This document shows, piece after piece, positions 61,965 to 64,000 of a stretch of 64,000 nucleotides of DNA. The position numbers and the translations under genes are program-made. The stretch comes from Kiritimatiellia bacterium (lineage in GTDB: Bacteria; Verrucomicrobiota; Kiritimatiellia; RFP12; UBA1067), in contig JAEDKA010000008.1 of assembly GCA_016296065.1 (NCBI GenBank), positions 10,180-74,179 of the forward strand, in the 5' to 3' direction. Position 1 is the first letter of the stretch; each line of letters starts with the position of its first letter. The notes under the pieces are model-generated. The model was not told the DNA's origin. It saw only the letters and a list, made by a program, of their open reading frames with translations, and made no database searches.

Positions 61965-63068
61965 TTAGCGGTCGACTCGCGCGGAGCCGCCGCCAACGAG
62001 CTTCTCGACGTCGGCCTTCGTCGCCATCGAGGTGTCACCGGGTGTCGTCATCGCGAGCGCACCGTGCGCGGCTCCGTAGTTGACGGCCTTCTCGGCGTCG
62101 TCGAACGTCATGAAGCCGTAGATGAGTCCAGACGCGAACGAGTCGCCTCCGCCTACGCGGTCGTAGATCTCGAGTCCCGGACGCTGAATCGACTGATGGA
62201 GCTCGCCCTTGTACCAGCAGATCGCAGACCAGTCATTGACCGTTGCGGACTTCACGGAGCGGAGCGTGGTCGCGACCGCCTTGAAGTTGGGATAGATGGA
62301 GACGGCCTTCTCGATCATCTTCCTGAAGCCGTCGATCGGGAGCGTCGTGAGGTTCTTGTCCACGCCTTCGACCTCGATTCCGAGCGCGGCGGTGAAGTCC
62401 TCCTCGTTGCCGATCATCACGTCGACGTACTTCGCGATCTCCTTGTTGACCTCCTGCGCCTTGGCCTGTCCGCCGATGGACTTCCACAGCGACGCGCGGT
62501 AGTTGAGGTCGTAGCTCGTGACCGTTCCGTGCTTCTTCGCAGCCTTGAGCGCCTCAATCACGACGTCCGCCGTCGTCTCGGAAAGCGCGGCGAATATGCC
62601 GCCGGTGTGGAACCACCTCACGCCCTCCTTGCCGAAAAGCTGCTCCCAGTCGACGTCGCCGGGCCTGAGCTGGCTCACCGCCGTAAGCCCGCGGTCCGCG
62701 CAGCTGCGCGCGCCGCGGCATCCGAATCCGCGCTCGACGAAGTTGAGCCCGTTGCGCACCGTGCGTCCGATTCCGTCGTACGGAACCCACTTCACGTGGC
62801 TCGTGTCCACTCCGCCCTGGAGCATGAAGTCCTCGACGAGGCGCCCGACCGGATTGTCGGCGAACGCAGTGACCGCCGTGGTCTTGAGTCCGAAGCAGCG
62901 GCGGAGTCCGCGCACGACGTTGTATTCGCCGCCGCCCTCCCACGCCCTGAACTCGCGGGCGGTGTGGATTCGCCCGTCGCCCGGATCGAGACGGAGCATG
63001 ATTTCACCAAGCGACGCCGCGTCCCACATGCAGGATCCGGCGGCTTTCACGTTCAGACTATCAGACAT
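61965..63068 (-). CDS. kdgK: 2-dehydro-3-deoxygluconokinase (PfkB family)
   Basis: PfkB motifs (GGGEYNV; DRVGGGDSFASG). Gene order with eda. Start moved to MSDSLNV. Confidence 0.75.
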   Translation of the reverse strand: MSDSLNVKAAGSCMWDAASLGEIMLRLDPGDGRIHTAREFRAWEGGGEYNVVRGLRRCFGLKTTAVTAFADNPVGRLVEDFMLQGGVDTSHVKWVPYDGIGRTVRNGLNFVERGFGCRGARSCADRGLTAVSQLRPGDVDWEQLFGKEGVRWFHTGGIFAALSETTADVVIEALKAAKKHGTVTSYDLNYRASLWKSIGGQAKAQEVNKEIAKYVDVMIGNEEDFTAALGIEVEGVDKNLTTLPIDGFRKMIEKAVSIYPNFKAVATTLRSVKSATVNDWSAICWYKGELHQSIQRPGLEIYDRVGGGDSFASGLIYGFMTFDDAEKAVNYGAAHGALAMTTPGDTSMATKADVEKLVGGGSARVDR

Positions 63069-63105
63069 TGCGTTTGACCTTTCTTTTTGAAATTCTTCGC
63101 CGCCT

Positions 63106-63114
63106 ATTCTATCA
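63106..63114 (-). promoter_or_regulatory. Extended -10 TGATAGAAT, 37 nt before the kdgK ATG 63068
   Basis: Read directly from the sequence. Confidence 0.5.
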
Positions 63115-63181
63115 CTTGCGTCGATGACACGATATAGCAAAGGTTATTCATATGATTGCACTATTCAATCAGAGGGATTTT

Positions 63182-63190
63182 TGGTAGAAT
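63182..63190 (+). promoter_or_regulatory. Extended -10 TGGTAGAAT, 7 nt before ATG 63198 (XylR-like)
   Basis: Read directly from the sequence. Confidence 0.55.
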
Positions 63191-63197
63191 ATCAGCA

Positions 63198-64000
63198 ATG
63201 GAAAACCACGAAGTACTTGTGCTGGTAAGCCCCGACCCGCCCCACAGGTTCCAGGGCATTGCGCGCCTCGCCGGCGAGCGTGGATGGCACATCCGCACAG
63301 AGAGCCGGCGCCTTCCGCCCTGGGACTGGGAGGGAGATGGCGTACTTGTGATGCTCGAGGACATTCCCGAACTGAAGCGCTTCGTCGCCAAGATGCGCCG
63401 GAAGCGCATTCCCGTCGTCGACCTTCTCGAAGACCAGCCGCAGGTCCCGCTCACGCGCGTCGCCGGGGACAACCCGGCCATCGGCAGGCTCGCGGCGGAG
63501 CACTTCAACGCGCGCGACTTCCGCCACGCCGCGTTCTTCTCCCTGCGCCACAACCACACGCACGACCTGCGAATCGAGGGCTTCAAGGAGGCATGGAAAG
63601 GCGAGCCGCCAAGGCTATGGCTGTGGCCGGACGAGGCGAACGGACAGATCGAGGACTGGAAGCGCATGGGCTCGTGGCTCGCGGGGAGGCTTGCGGACGC
63701 ACCGAAGCCGCTCGCCGTCTTCGCCTGGAACGACTACGACGCGACGCACGTCCTGAACGCCTGCAGAAAGCTAGAGCTCAAGGTCCCAGAGGATGTTGCG
63801 ATTCTCGGGGTGGACGACAACAAGGTGATCTGCGAGCACCAGAGCGTGAACCTCTCGTCGATCGCGCACGACCACGAGCGCGTCGGATACGCCGCAGCCG
63901 CGACACTCGAGCGGCTTATGTGCGGCGGAACCGTCGAGCGCCAGCTCGTGCGCGTCAGGCCGCGCGGCGTCGTGACGCGCGAATCGACGGACACCTTTGC
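63198..64000 (+). CDS. XylR-type regulator, N-terminal periplasmic-binding-protein-like sugar-sensing domain (partial, runs off the right edge). Not in the ORF track.
   Basis: My own translation MENHEVLVLVSPDPPHRFQGIA...GDNPAIGRLAAEHF...FAWNDYDATHVLNACRKLELKVPEDVAILGVDD... is open to the window end. ATG is 7 nt downstream of TGGTAGAAT. Confidence 0.6.
   Translation, partial: MENHEVLVLVSPDPPHRFQGIARLAGERGWHIRTESRRLPPWDWEGDGVLVMLEDIPELKRFVAKMRRKRIPVVDLLEDQPQVPLTRVAGDNPAIGRLAAEHFNARDFRHAAFFSLRHNHTHDLRIEGFKEAWKGEPPRLWLWPDEANGQIEDWKRMGSWLAGRLADAPKPLAVFAWNDYDATHVLNACRKLELKVPEDVAILGVDDNKVICEHQSVNLSSIAHDHERVGYAAAATLERLMCGGTVERQLVRVRPRGVVTRESTDTF

Noticed and set aside
63115-63181. Partial palindrome TCATATGA (within ttattcatatgattg) in the kdgK/XylR-like divergent region, as a possible operator
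   Set aside because: It is short, imperfect and single-copy. It cannot be distinguished from chance without comparative data.

Overview
GC-rich bacterial chromosomal segment with about 52 genes, 49 of them on the minus strand. The content is housekeeping genes mixed with a dense set of secreted carbohydrate-active enzymes.

Housekeeping genes: cysS, miaA, lspA, metF, split metH, dapL, ispG, rseP, dnaB, lpxI, eda and kdgK.

Carbohydrate-active enzymes: GH31, GH81, GH97, two GH43, GH39, GH2, a GH95-like enzyme, a heparinase II/III-type lyase, a CE1-like esterase and a truncated GH106-like gene.

A very long GreA, DapL and autotransporter-type beta-strand repeat proteins suggest a PVC-superphylum organism (Lentisphaerota, Kiritimatiellota or Verrucomicrobiota-like). 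This is inference only. I saw no rRNA, tRNA, CRISPR array, transposase, integrase or phage genes.

The most interesting signals are non-coding or architectural:
1. Extended -10 boxes (TGnTATAAT) lie 6-10 nt from start codons at 15 genes. This implies leaderless mRNAs and corrects many ORF-track starts.
2. An ATCCC-N8-GGGAT inverted repeat sits 22 nt upstream of the -10 box in front of the secreted CAZyme genes, so it is a candidate regulon operator.
3. There are several families of small hairpin or MITE-like repeats, some translated in frame.
4. The near-palindrome GGGGAC-A-GTCCCC is over-represented and always in one orientation.
5. G-free CA-rich tandem repeats replace Shine-Dalgarno leaders in some intergenic spacers.
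6. Gene-level oddities:
   - a divergent PHP / DRTGG / CBS-GHKL kinase / NusG-paralog cluster
   - an FHA protein coupled to a membrane-anchored tandem AAA+ ATPase
   - a sensor kinase with a DHp domain but no ATPase domain
   - a DksA-type zinc finger with a histone-H1-like tail
   - a hipBA cassette that appears to have truncated a glycosidase gene

All functional calls come from motif recognition by eye. No database search was run.
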